A stretch of DNA of 64,000 bases from positions 1 through 64,000 of IMG/VR virus record IMGVR_UViG_2933814219_000003; one strand, written 5' to 3'. The DNA comes from a virus (Duplodnaviria > Caudoviricetes). The position numbers were made by a program, and so were the translations under genes. The notes beneath the pieces are model-generated. The model was not told the origin of the DNA, searched no databases, and worked only from the letters and a program-made list of their open reading frames with translations. This document shows positions 53,865 to 62,516 of this stretch, in pieces (position 1 is the stretch's first letter; each line of letters starts with the position of its first letter).

Positions 53865-53925
53865 ACTTGCATACCCAAGGCGAGCAAGCTAGCGTTCCCA
53901 CTGACGCCACTTGCATATACAAGCT
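53865..53925. promoter_or_regulatory. two further ACTTG-N6-CAAG operators at a divergent promoter
   Basis: ACTTGCATACCCAAG (53865) and CCACTTGCATATACAAG (53907). Confidence 0.7.
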
Positions 53926-53934
53926 GGAGGACTC

Positions 53935-54576
53935 ATGGCGGACCCCCCTTCCACATCCGAACGCACCGCGCTCTACCGCCTCTACAACGCCACCAGTGTG
54001 CTGCTGTACGTCGGCATCAGCACCTACCCGAAGACCCGGTTCATCGAGCACGCCGGCGACAAGAACTGGTGGCACCACGTCACGCGGAAGGACATCGAGT
54101 GGCTGGACAACCGGGAAGCCGCACTCAAGGCCGAGAGTGAGGCCATCGCCAACGAGCGCCCGCTCTACAACGGGTACCACCACCTCGGGCGAGGCTGGCC
54201 CGACAAGGCCCGCAAGTACGACGACGCCGAAGACCAGCGCCGGGTGCGCTCCGGAATCGAAGCTGCACTTGAGCGTGGAGAGTACGCACCCGACACCCCC
54301 CTGTACGGGTCTCACGTCGGCCGCGAGTTCAACGCATCACCGTCCACCTCCCGGACGGTCCTGGCGAAGCTGGCCGACGAAGGGCGACTCGCCAAGTGGG
54401 GACACCACTTCAAGGTCCCGCCGTCGGAAGAGATCTCACCGCCCCCCGAGGTGCACGCCGACCCGGCAGTGCGCACCGACCCTTGGTTCACGAGGGTCCT
54501 GCGGGTTGAGTACTACCCGGAGCGGCTACGCAGCCACCGTGATCGCTTTCAGGACAGATTCGGTAACGGCACATAG
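53935..54576 (+). CDS. GIY-YIG-like domain fused to a GntR-like winged helix
   Basis: LYRLY..LLYVGIS..R..H...PLYN; ERGEYAPDTPL...EF.AS.ST.R..L..L.DEG. Confidence 0.8.
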   Translation: MADPPSTSERTALYRLYNATSVLLYVGISTYPKTRFIEHAGDKNWWHHVTRKDIEWLDNREAALKAESEAIANERPLYNGYHHLGRGWPDKARKYDDAEDQRRVRSGIEAALERGEYAPDTPLYGSHVGREFNASPSTSRTVLAKLADEGRLAKWGHHFKVPPSEEISPPPEVHADPAVRTDPWFTRVLRVEYYPERLRSHRDRFQDRFGNGT

Positions 54577-54886
54577 TCGGCATCGGCCTGCACCTCAGGT
54601 ACATGTCCCAGCTCAGCGACCTACGGATTGCCCGAATTGAGAATATGTCACCGCTGGTCAGGGCCCTGATCGCCGTTTCCGGGTGCCTGATCTCGACGGC
54701 CATCATGGTGGCCTGATCTAGCGTTCATCCCACGTCGTCGACCTCACCAGCCGGCGCTGCATCACCCCTGGGGTTCACCACCCCGGGACGTTAAAAGGCC
54801 GGGCGGTCATCATCCGCCCGGCCTGTGACCAGCGGCACCACCCGTCTGGTCATGAGTCCAGTCCCGATCAAAAGAGAGGTCTCGCC

Positions 54887-55303
54887 ATGAGCTTAACAAC
54901 AAACAAGTCGGCGCCGTCTGCCGCAGCGTCCCTCGTCTCCCCGGTCCTGTCGGCCCCCATCCCTCCGCAGCCGCCGGCTCCGTCCGCCCCGACGGCGCAT
55001 CCGACGGCGTGCCCGTCGTGGTGCAAGGACCGGAACTTCCCGGCGGGTCACAACTCGTCGCCGCGGGATACGGCGCACCGGTCGCGCGCCTTGGAGCTGA
55101 AGCTGTCGGGTGAGACGGGCACGGTGACCCTGGTCCGCGCAGAACTGTTCCGCCTGGATGAGCTGGACGACATCGGCGAGACGGTGTTGTACGTGCAGGG
55201 CGAGGACGAGCAGGGCTCGTCGGGTCCTGAGGTGGAGATGTTCGTGGCGAATCTGATCGCGTTCACGGACAGCGTGCGGGTGTTGCACCGCCAGATGGAC
55301 TGA
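54887..55303 (+). CDS. hypothetical protein (CPxWC motif, DUF6907-like) with a TTA codon
   Basis: GAGG RBS; ACPSWC..H..H; third codon is TTA. Confidence 0.7.
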   Translation: MSLTTNKSAPSAAASLVSPVLSAPIPPQPPAPSAPTAHPTACPSWCKDRNFPAGHNSSPRDTAHRSRALELKLSGETGTVTLVRAELFRLDELDDIGETVLYVQGEDEQGSSGPEVEMFVANLIAFTDSVRVLHRQMD

Positions 55304-55390
55304 TCGGTCTCTGCGGCTTCTTACGGCCGGGCAGCTGGTGCTGCCCGGCCGTTTCCAGATCGGCGGGCGGGGCCGCGGTGCGGTCTGCCC

Positions 55391-56182
55391 ATGCATGGCG
55401 GCGGGGTGCAGGTGAAGGTCATACGGTCGATGCCTCCGGAGGGCTGGGTGCCGGTGGGGAATGCGACGGCGCAGCAGCGGCGGCTGTCGTGGCGGGCGAA
55501 GGGGCTGCTGCTGGATCTGCTGAGTTTCCCGGACGGTTACCACGTGACGTTCGACGGGTTGATGCAGCAGGCGAAGCGGGCCGGCGACCCGGATGTTGAG
55601 GGTCGGGACGCGATGCGGCGGGCGATGCAGGAGCTTGAGCGGAAGGGCTACTTGGCTCACCGTCGGGTGCCTGTGGAGGATCCGGCGCCTGGTGCGCAGC
55701 GGTGGCGGACGGAGACGGCGGTGTGTGATCTGCCGGTGTTCGCCGCGGATCCTGGAGGTACGGGTTTTCAGGAGGTCCAGAGTTCAGTACCTCCAGACTT
55801 CAGTAGTCCCGGAGACCCGGAGGTCTTTAACAACACGGGTTCTTACAAGAAGAATCAGCAGCAAGAAGAAGCGGAACAATCCTCCTCCGCACTCGCTGGC
55901 GCTCGCGCGGGCCAGCCGGCGAGCCGGCTTGATGCGTTGTACGACGCGGCGAATCAGCTGGACGACGGCAGGCTGCGGCGACTGCTGTTGCAGTTCGAGC
56001 GGAAGCGACCGCGGATCTACCGGGAGCAGCGGCAGAAGACGCTCTCGCAGCTTGGGAGCGAGGCGCCGGAGGATCTGCACTCGGTGCGCGAGGTGGACCT
56101 TCTGAGCTACAAGTACGCGCTTCTGCACTACGCCCGGGAGGGGAAGCCGTTGCCGGACTGGCTGACCCGGTTCCCGCGGTGA
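55391..56182 (+). CDS. putative phage replication initiator (N-terminal HTH)
   Basis: N...RLSWRAKGLL..LLS.PDG...EGRDA....ELE..GYL; the start may be GTG 55412. Confidence 0.7.
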   Translation: MHGGGVQVKVIRSMPPEGWVPVGNATAQQRRLSWRAKGLLLDLLSFPDGYHVTFDGLMQQAKRAGDPDVEGRDAMRRAMQELERKGYLAHRRVPVEDPAPGAQRWRTETAVCDLPVFAADPGGTGFQEVQSSVPPDFSSPGDPEVFNNTGSYKKNQQQEEAEQSSSALAGARAGQPASRLDALYDAANQLDDGRLRRLLLQFERKRPRIYREQRQKTLSQLGSEAPEDLHSVREVDLLSYKYALLHYAREGKPLPDWLTRFPR

Positions 56183-56195
56183 GCTCCAGTTCATG

Positions 56196-56229
56196 CCGAA
56201 GCCCCCACCTTGATCGGTGGGGGCTTCGG
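56196..56229. terminator. hairpin between convergent genes
   Basis: CCGAAGCCCCCACC / GGTGGGGGCTTCGG perfect stem. Confidence 0.7.
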
Positions 56230-56243
56230 TGCTCCGTCGCGCT

Positions 56244-57092
56244 CTACGCCCCTTGTTGCCCGGGTACGGAGGCGACAACAACGGACTGGGGTGCCGGCGG
56301 CGGTTGCGGCCCGGCGACCATGGCCTGCACGAGCGCGGACAGGATCTCCCCGCGCTGCTCCTGCGACAGGTCTCCGTCAGCGACAAGCCGTTCCGCGGCG
56401 AGGTAGCGGGACAACTCCAGCGGCTGGTCGAAGTAGGACCGGAGGTGGGTGGCGGCGGACTCCTGCGACCGCACGAACGTCTTGGCGATGTAGCCGGCGA
56501 GTGCGGCTGAGACGGCTCCGAGCCCGCCGGCGACGATGGCGACCGCGGTGGTGCTGGCCCAGAGGGCGATCCACGCGAAGAGGATCAAGAGGAAGAACCC
56601 AGCGACCATGGCCACCTGCGCATTCCGGAAAGAGGTCTTTGCCTGCCCTGTGGCGATCTGGTGATAGAGGTCGAGGCGGGCGTGGGTGGCTTCCCAAAGT
56701 TCGGGGAGCCCCAGGAGACTCCGTCGGCGGGATGCGTCGTCGGCGGAGACGTCGACTCGCTCGCCCGATTGCGGGTGTGGGATCGGGCTGCCTGTCGCAA
56801 AGTCGTGGGTTCCGCGAAGGGCGTCGGCGAGAGCGAACTCTGCTTGCGTCAGACGTTGACGGCTTTCCCCGACGGCTGCGGCCTGGCTGCCGCTGACAGA
56901 CATCACCTTTGAGATGACAGTTACGAGTCCGGCGACGCCGGCCGCTACCGGGACGGCCACTTTGGCGACGTCGGGCCAGAGGACAAGGAGTACGAGCGAG
57001 CCAGCGAACACGCCAAGGACGAACGTGAAAGCGACTTTGAACGCGAAGCGAGACGTTGGATTGGTGTCGTCGGGGGATTGACTTTGCGGCAT
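56244..57092 (-). CDS. 4-TM protein with TRADD-N-associated membrane domain-like region
   Basis: YH..A..QAKTSF..A..AM..GF...G.VS..L.GYI.KTF. Confidence 0.65.
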   Translation of the reverse strand: MPQSQSPDDTNPTSRFAFKVAFTFVLGVFAGSLVLLVLWPDVAKVAVPVAAGVAGLVTVISKVMSVSGSQAAAVGESRQRLTQAEFALADALRGTHDFATGSPIPHPQSGERVDVSADDASRRRSLLGLPELWEATHARLDLYHQIATGQAKTSFRNAQVAMVAGFFLLILFAWIALWASTTAVAIVAGGLGAVSAALAGYIAKTFVRSQESAATHLRSYFDQPLELSRYLAAERLVADGDLSQEQRGEILSALVQAMVAGPQPPPAPQSVVVASVPGQQGA

Positions 57093-57270
57093 GGATCAAG
57101 AGGATGCCGGGCCCGCGCCGCGGCGTCCACCGGTTCCGGTGAACCCGGCCGGGGCGGCTCGCTGACGATGAGGCCTACCAGCGGTGTCACCCGGGGGTGC
57201 GGTTCTGACGGCCAGACGAGGCTAGGCCCCATCCGGTGACGTGGCACGCCTGATCCGCCACACTGACGTG

Positions 57271-57555
57271 ATGGGGAGACAGGGACAGCAGGTACCGATG
57301 ACTACTACCGATTCGCCGTTGACGGGGCTTGCTATTGGGCAGAGTTGGTTGATCTGGGGGGCGGAGGCCCCGAATTTGAGCGAGGCGCATTCCAGTCTGG
57401 AGTCGACGGCCGCGAGTCATGGGGCTGACGCGGTCATTGGGGTGCGTTTCGTCACCGTGTCGGACACGAGCACGAGGGTGGGCTTCATGTCGGGCGAGAG
57501 GATCGAGACCCGGACGGTTTGCCAGGGCTATGGCACAGCCATCCGCTATGCGTGA
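57271..57555 (+). CDS. YbjQ/UPF0145-like protein
   Basis: A..GADAVIGVRF...YGTA. Confidence 0.7.
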   Translation: MGRQGQQVPMTTTDSPLTGLAIGQSWLIWGAEAPNLSEAHSSLESTAASHGADAVIGVRFVTVSDTSTRVGFMSGERIETRTVCQGYGTAIRYA

Positions 57556-57656
57556 GGTGCGGAGCATGACGAGGACACGCTGCACTCGGTGATGCACTGA
57601 CGGCGCTCCTGCGGCACGCAACGTGTCCTGCCCCCGCCTCGGCCCGTTAGACCACC

Positions 57657-57827
57657 ATGGACTCCCCCACCGACTCGTACCCGACGGCACCGCGCCTCTC
57701 TCTGATCACGCTGGACGAGGCGCGGGAGGCGGTCCGTCTGCTCCAGCACTTCGCCGATGACAGTCCGGAGGGCCGGGACGCGGGGGTGTGGGCTGCGGAC
57801 ATGGCACTGCGCTTGCCGTCAGATTGA
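57657..57827 (+). CDS. small hypothetical protein
   Basis: 56 aa, LITLDEA..RLL..RLPS (not in the ORF track). Confidence 0.5.
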   Translation: MDSPTDSYPTAPRLSLITLDEAREAVRLLQHFADDSPEGRDAGVWAADMALRLPSD

Positions 57828-57924
57828 ACGTGAAAGGCCCCGCCAAGCTGGCGGGAGCCGCCGTGCGTGGGCTTCGGCGTGCCAGCGGCGTCATCCGGCG
57901 GGCCGGTTCCGAGGCGGGTTTGGT

Positions 57925-58455
57925 CTACGAGAAGCGGCGGAACGGGGGTGCCCCGGAGTAGCCGCGGACTCGCTTGTGGCCATCGTCGAACGGGGCGGCT
58001 GCCTTGGGGCCGGCGGCTCGGATCGCCTGCTTCCGGATCGGGTCAATCGGGGTCTCGCTCTTTGCGTACTCGGTGAGGCGTTCGATGCGGAGGTCTTCTA
58101 GGCGCCGTTTCTGCTGTGGTGTCAGGCGCTTGGTGCGCTGGACTGGTGCAGCTTCACGGCGGTCCGCTAGAAGGGCGCTAGAGCTCAGGCCCTTCTTGGG
58201 TCGACTCTTGAGGCGTCTGTTGGCGTGGACGGCCCAGGGCTGGTTCTCTCCGTACCCGACCGCGCGGAGAGGCTTCCACCCCTTGGCATAGGACACCCGT
58301 TGCTCGACGACGACCTTCCGGCCCTCGCGGGCCAGTTCGTTGGCGCGCTGGTTTGCGTCGGCCAGCGTGGAGAATCGTTCGTACTTGTGGTTGCCTTTCG
58401 GCCGTTTGATGCTGACAGTTCTGTACTGGCGTCGTCCCGATGAGTCCTGCGTCAT
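57925..58455 (-). CDS. basic hypothetical protein
   Basis: 176 aa Arg/Lys-rich, lower GC. Confidence 0.55.
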   Translation of the reverse strand: MTQDSSGRRQYRTVSIKRPKGNHKYERFSTLADANQRANELAREGRKVVVEQRVSYAKGWKPLRAVGYGENQPWAVHANRRLKSRPKKGLSSSALLADRREAAPVQRTKRLTPQQKRRLEDLRIERLTEYAKSETPIDPIRKQAIRAAGPKAAAPFDDGHKRVRGYSGAPPFRRFS

Positions 58456-58497
58456 CTGCCCCCCAGCAGTCTTCTGCGTTGCCCTGCGGATTCGTAG

Positions 58498-58671
58498 TCA
58501 GTCGCCGTCTGGCAGGTGTCCGTGCCCGTCGCACGTCGTGCACTCGATGACAGCTGGGTCCTGGCACAGCGGGCTGTCGCAGTCGTGGGCGTAAGGGTTC
58601 TCGATTCGCCCGGTTGTGTGGCATTCCCAGCATGCGACGTGCCCGGTGGGGATGGCGGCGGTCTGCGGCAT
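58498..58671 (-). CDS. small DnaJ-type Zn-finger-like protein
   Basis: CWECHTTG...CTTCDGHG. Confidence 0.55.
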   Translation of the reverse strand: MPQTAAIPTGHVACWECHTTGRIENPYAHDCDSPLCQDPAVIECTTCDGHGHLPDGD

Positions 58672-58763
58672 GGGCCAATTCTGCCGGGCAGAAGCGCCTG
58701 TTGGGCCCGAACGCACCAAAGCGGCCCCTACCCGTTTGGGTGGGGGCCGCGGCGCGTCTGGGG

Positions 58764-58979
58764 TCAACTGGCGAATGGTTCGTCCGGTGCGCCTCCGAGG
58801 ATCTTCGGGGCGTGTGTTCGGTTCTTCTTCCGTGCTGCTCGTCTGGTGGCCCGGTTGGGCTTCGGCTCGGGCTCGTTGTCGGTTATGAGCAGTTCGCCAG
58901 TGGTGCGGAGCACGGTTTCCCACCGGGCCCCGGGGCGGCCGGCGTGCTCGCCCCGGGGTGTGGTCGATGGCTGGGCCAT
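58764..58979 (-). CDS. hypothetical protein
   Basis: AAGGAGG RBS; PNRATRRA. Confidence 0.55.
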   Translation of the reverse strand: MAQPSTTPRGEHAGRPGARWETVLRTTGELLITDNEPEPKPNRATRRAARKKNRTHAPKILGGAPDEPFAS

Positions 58980-58993
58980 GAGGCCTCCTTGGG

Positions 58994-59137
58994 TCAGAGG
59001 TAGTCGCCGACGGGGATGGTCACGGTCTCCCGCTCGACGACCGGCGGGGGCGGTGGCGGGTCGTCGCAGGGGCAGGCCCCTGCCTCGTCGTCGTAGTGGC
59101 AGGGGTGCCCGTAGGCGCACGGGGGTGGCCCAGTCAC
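58994..59137 (-). CDS. small Cys/Pro-rich protein
   Basis: GTGA-coupled. Confidence 0.5.
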   Translation of the reverse strand: MTGPPPCAYGHPCHYDDEAGACPCDDPPPPPPVVERETVTIPVGDYL

Positions 59138-59448
59138 GGGGTGGCCTTCACGGTCGCGTCGCAGACGCAGGCGCAGTGGAGGCTGGTGCTCCGGTGGGGG
59201 CAGGGGGTGCAGGGCCCGGGGTCGGGGCGCCCGCACCCGCACAGGCCGGCGGGCGGGGTGAGGGCGGCGCGGATGATGTGGGCGCAACAGGCGCCGACCG
59301 GGCCGGTGTCGACGGCCCGGCGAACACGGGCGACGATGCCCTCCAGCCCGCGGACACGGGCCTCGGCGCGGTCGCGTTCGTCGTACAACGCAGCGAGAGC
59401 GTCCTCGGTGAGGTCGTCGAGTTGGACACGCTCGGGCTGGGTGGTCAC
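59134..59448 (-). CDS. hypothetical protein
   Basis: LDDLT.D.L.ALY, Cys-rich tail. Confidence 0.6.
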   Translation of the reverse strand: MTTQPERVQLDDLTEDALAALYDERDRAEARVRGLEGIVARVRRAVDTGPVGACCAHIIRAALTPPAGLCGCGRPDPGPCTPCPHRSTSLHCACVCDATVKATP

Positions 59449-59579
59449 TGCCCCTCCTCCGGGATGCGCTTGGCGCAGGCGTGCGGGTCACCGCACTGGG
59501 GGCGCCCGTCCCACGAGGTGATGGGCGGCAGGGCGGGCTGCTGGCACCACTGGCAGACAGGCGCGGGCTGGGTGGTCAC
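59445..59579 (-). CDS. small Zn-finger-like protein
   Basis: CQWC...C....C, coupled. Confidence 0.5.
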   Translation of the reverse strand: MTTQPAPVCQWCQQPALPPITSWDGRPQCGDPHACAKRIPEEGQ

Positions 59580-59896
59580 CGGGCCCCCTCGGTGGTGGTG
59601 GCTCGCGGCGTCGGGCAGCCGCAGCTCCCGAACTGGTCGGTCGGCGGCGGTGTCGGCGGCTTGCCCTCCATCTGCAACAGCACCTCGTCGGCCAGGGCGC
59701 GCTGCTGTTCCTCGGTGAGGCAGGCGGGCCACCGGCAGGCGGTGTTGGGCCAGGTGATGTGGCGTCGCCATCCGGGGCCGACCTGAGCGAGGGCTTTGTG
59801 TTCGCCTTCGTGGCCTGCGGGTTGGTCGCAGAGCTGTCCGACGTGGTGTTCGTCGCCGGGGAACTCGGCGGTGCAGAGGTCTTCGTCGCTGAGCAC
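59576..59896 (-). CDS. Cys/His-rich hypothetical protein
   Basis: C....GHEGEH motif. Confidence 0.55.
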   Translation of the reverse strand: MLSDEDLCTAEFPGDEHHVGQLCDQPAGHEGEHKALAQVGPGWRRHITWPNTACRWPACLTEEQQRALADEVLLQMEGKPPTPPPTDQFGSCGCPTPRATTTEGAR

Positions 59897-59958
59897 GGGG
59901 TGGTCCTTCCGGGTTGGGTGTGGCCGCTTGTGGTGGGGCGGCCACACAGCAGGGGTGG

Positions 59959-60261
59959 TCAGGAGGCCGGGTGCGTCCGGTGGTAGGCGTCGGTCGCGGT
60001 GTGCCCGTTGACGGTCAGGGTCGGGGCGATGCGTCGGGCGACGGTGAGTGCGTCGTCGTAGTCGGCGAAGGGGTGGTGGCGGCCCTCGCCGTGGTGGCCG
60101 ATCCCGTCGGCGTCGTAGCCCCGGTGCCCGTCGGTGACGATCCATCCGCGCGGGGTCAGCTCGACGTACAGGGCGAAGTACCGGTGGTTGATGTCGTCGG
60201 CGGGGAGGACGGACACGGTGTAGCGGGTGATGGTGGTGAGCACCTTCGGCGGCGTGGTCAT
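59959..60261 (-). CDS. hypothetical protein
   Basis: TRYTVSVLP...AP.LTVNG. Confidence 0.65.
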   Translation of the reverse strand: MTTPPKVLTTITRYTVSVLPADDINHRYFALYVELTPRGWIVTDGHRGYDADGIGHHGEGRHHPFADYDDALTVARRIAPTLTVNGHTATDAYHRTHPAS

Positions 60262-60286
60262 GTGGGTCTCCGTGGTTGGGCCGGGA

Positions 60287-60685
60287 TCACCCGGCAGCAG
60301 GGGCGGGGGTGGTGGTGCGGGCGCGTTCGTAGCGGGCACGGGCGGCGATGAACTCGGCGTCGGTGCCGCCGCGGTCGGGGTGAGCGTCCGCCATGGCGGC
60401 CTTCAGCTCGGCCAGGGACGGCGGCTTGAGCTGGCCAGGGATCTCCGGCGGGTTCAGGTGAAGCCGGCGCAGGGTGTAGCCGTGGTAGATCTCGCCGTCC
60501 GCCTCGATGCGCTGGCGGTCTACGAACCCGCCTCGGTGAGCCCCGGTGGAGTACGTGAAGTAGATCCGCTTGGCGGTCTTCTTCGTGATCGGGTGCTGGA
60601 GGACCTGGTAGTTACCGAAGGGGCCGTCGTCCCAGTTGGCGTCCCACAGCTCGTACAGGTACTCGGTGCGCGCGGGCGTGGTCAT
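60287..60685 (-). CDS. protein with a C-terminal mini J-domain
   Basis: ELKAAMADAHPDRGGTDAEF...RYE. Confidence 0.65.
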   Translation of the reverse strand: MTTPARTEYLYELWDANWDDGPFGNYQVLQHPITKKTAKRIYFTYSTGAHRGGFVDRQRIEADGEIYHGYTLRRLHLNPPEIPGQLKPPSLAELKAAMADAHPDRGGTDAEFIAARARYERARTTTPAPAAG

Positions 60686-61632
60686 CGTGTGGTCTCCTCG
60701 CACTCGTGGTCTTCGTCGAGGCGCAGCCCGTCCTCTTCGTCCCACCAGCCGTCTCCGGATGCGCCGCAGGTGCCGCATTCCCAGCGCCCGGCGAGGCTGA
60801 TCCCGGTGTATCCGTGGTCGGTCATCGGGCCTGCTCCTCGGGCGCGGCAGGCCTTGGCGGGCGGCTCGTCCAGTGCGTCCGTGACCCGGATCGCGGTCCC
60901 GGCGAACAGGCCCTGGGACGCCGCCCGGATCTGCTGGACGGCGGTGTTGTGGCTGTGCTGCCGGTACTCGGTGGGGGTCATGCCGAGCGCGGCGGCCTTG
61001 TCGGCGGTGGTGGTGGTCTGGTGTGCCCCGGCGGCAGCCTCACCGGCCAGCACGGCGAGGACCGCGTCGGCGTGCTCCCCGTACTCGTCGGGCTCCATCA
61101 GCTCGTCGGGGAGCCAGTCGAACCCGGACGCTTCGCAGATCGCCCGGCGGATCCGGTCCCGGGTCGCGGCCCGGTCGGCCGGCGCGGGCGGTGCGGCGGC
61201 CAGCTCGGCTCGCAGTCGGGCCACGGCCTTCTCGGACGCCGAGATCGCCCCCCGCAGCGCATCGTCCAGCCCCTCGGCCTCAGCGCGGAGGGAGGCCTGC
61301 TCGGCGTCGGCGACTGCCATGACGGCGTCGATCATGTGCTGGCCGTCGTCGAGGACCCAGCCGTCGGTCTCACGGATCGCTGCGGCGTATCGGGCGCGGC
61401 GGTCGGCGGACGGCTCGTCGGCGGCGGTGTCCTGGGCCGTGCTGGTGCCGAGGATCCGCCGGGCCACCGCCAGGGCCGGGTGCACCACGGTCGCGACCGC
61501 GCCGCCTTCCCCGAGAGCGTGGTGGTCGGACGCGTCGGCCAGCGTCTCCAGCAGCCGGGCGAGTTCGGGGCTCGGGGCGTGGCCAGCCGCGGCGCGCAGC
61601 TGGTCAGCGGGGGTGGGTGAGGTGTCGGTCAT
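60682..61632 (-). CDS. mosaic hypothetical protein
   Basis: MTDTSPTPADQLR..., repeated ADAV motifs, C-terminal Zn ribbon. Confidence 0.65.
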   Translation of the reverse strand: MTDTSPTPADQLRAAAGHAPSPELARLLETLADASDHHALGEGGAVATVVHPALAVARRILGTSTAQDTAADEPSADRRARYAAAIRETDGWVLDDGQHMIDAVMAVADAEQASLRAEAEGLDDALRGAISASEKAVARLRAELAAAPPAPADRAATRDRIRRAICEASGFDWLPDELMEPDEYGEHADAVLAVLAGEAAAGAHQTTTTADKAAALGMTPTEYRQHSHNTAVQQIRAASQGLFAGTAIRVTDALDEPPAKACRARGAGPMTDHGYTGISLAGRWECGTCGASGDGWWDEEDGLRLDEDHECEETTR

Positions 61633-61706
61633 CAACGGCTCCAGGTGGTCGGTACGGTGTGGTGGGCGCCCGCCCCGGATACGCGCCGGGGCGGGCGTCT
61701 TGCTGG

Positions 61707-62162
61707 TCACGGGGTGGTGCAGCGGTTGAGCCAGAACCCGTCGCCGTGCTCGTCGACATGGCGGCGGCCGATCTCCCACCCGTCCAGGCGGGCCAAGTCC
61801 TGCCACGTCCACCGGAGCGCCAGCGACGCCCACCCGTCGTCCGGGCGGTTCATCAGGTACGGGCGGCGGTCTACGGGATGCACACGGACGAGAACGCGGT
61901 CGTCGAGGGAGGACAGGGTGCGAGGGGCCGCCCGGAAGATGGGGCACGCCTCGCAGTTCCCGGCGGTGACGCACGGCCCGTAGCCGCCGTAGCGGGCACG
62001 CCGGGTGTCCTGCGACTCCCGCAGGTGGCTGTAGTCCCGGGGCCGCAGCGCGCACTCGTCACCCGCCAGGCCGCCCATGGACGCGACGGACAACCGGTTC
62101 CACCCCTGCCCGTCGGAGCCGCCGTTGCGGTGCGCCGGAGCCGGGAGGTAGATCGGCATCAC
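61707..62162 (-). CDS. hypothetical protein
   Basis: 151 aa, coupled. Confidence 0.65.
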   Translation of the reverse strand: MMPIYLPAPAHRNGGSDGQGWNRLSVASMGGLAGDECALRPRDYSHLRESQDTRRARYGGYGPCVTAGNCEACPIFRAAPRTLSSLDDRVLVRVHPVDRRPYLMNRPDDGWASLALRWTWQDLARLDGWEIGRRHVDEHGDGFWLNRCTTP

Positions 62163-62326
62163 TCGGCCCTCGCTTCGGCGATCAGCCGGTCGACGAGGAG
62201 GCGGGCGGTGTCGGCGCTGTAGCCGTAGTCGGTCAGGGCGTGCTCGATGACGGTTCGCGACATGTCGAGTTCGGACGGGGCGACCGAGGCGGGGCGGTCA
62301 GGGGTGGTGGGTGAGGTGTCGGGCAT
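62159..62326 (-). CDS. hypothetical protein
   Basis: MPDTSPT..., GGAG RBS. Confidence 0.55.
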   Translation of the reverse strand: MPDTSPTTPDRPASVAPSELDMSRTVIEHALTDYGYSADTARLLVDRLIAEARAE

Positions 62327-62516
62327 CAACGGCTCCAGGTGGGTGCAGGTACGGTGGGCGGGCCGGCTGCCCCCGGGTCGAACGGGGGCAGCCGGTACTG
62401 CGTGGGTCACAGGTCGTCGAGGTCGGTGAGCGCATCCGGCGGGAGACGCCGCGGAAGCAGGTCATCGAGATCAGCCAGGGCGTCCGGCGGGATCCGCGGA
62501 GGCCGGTCGTCGGCGG

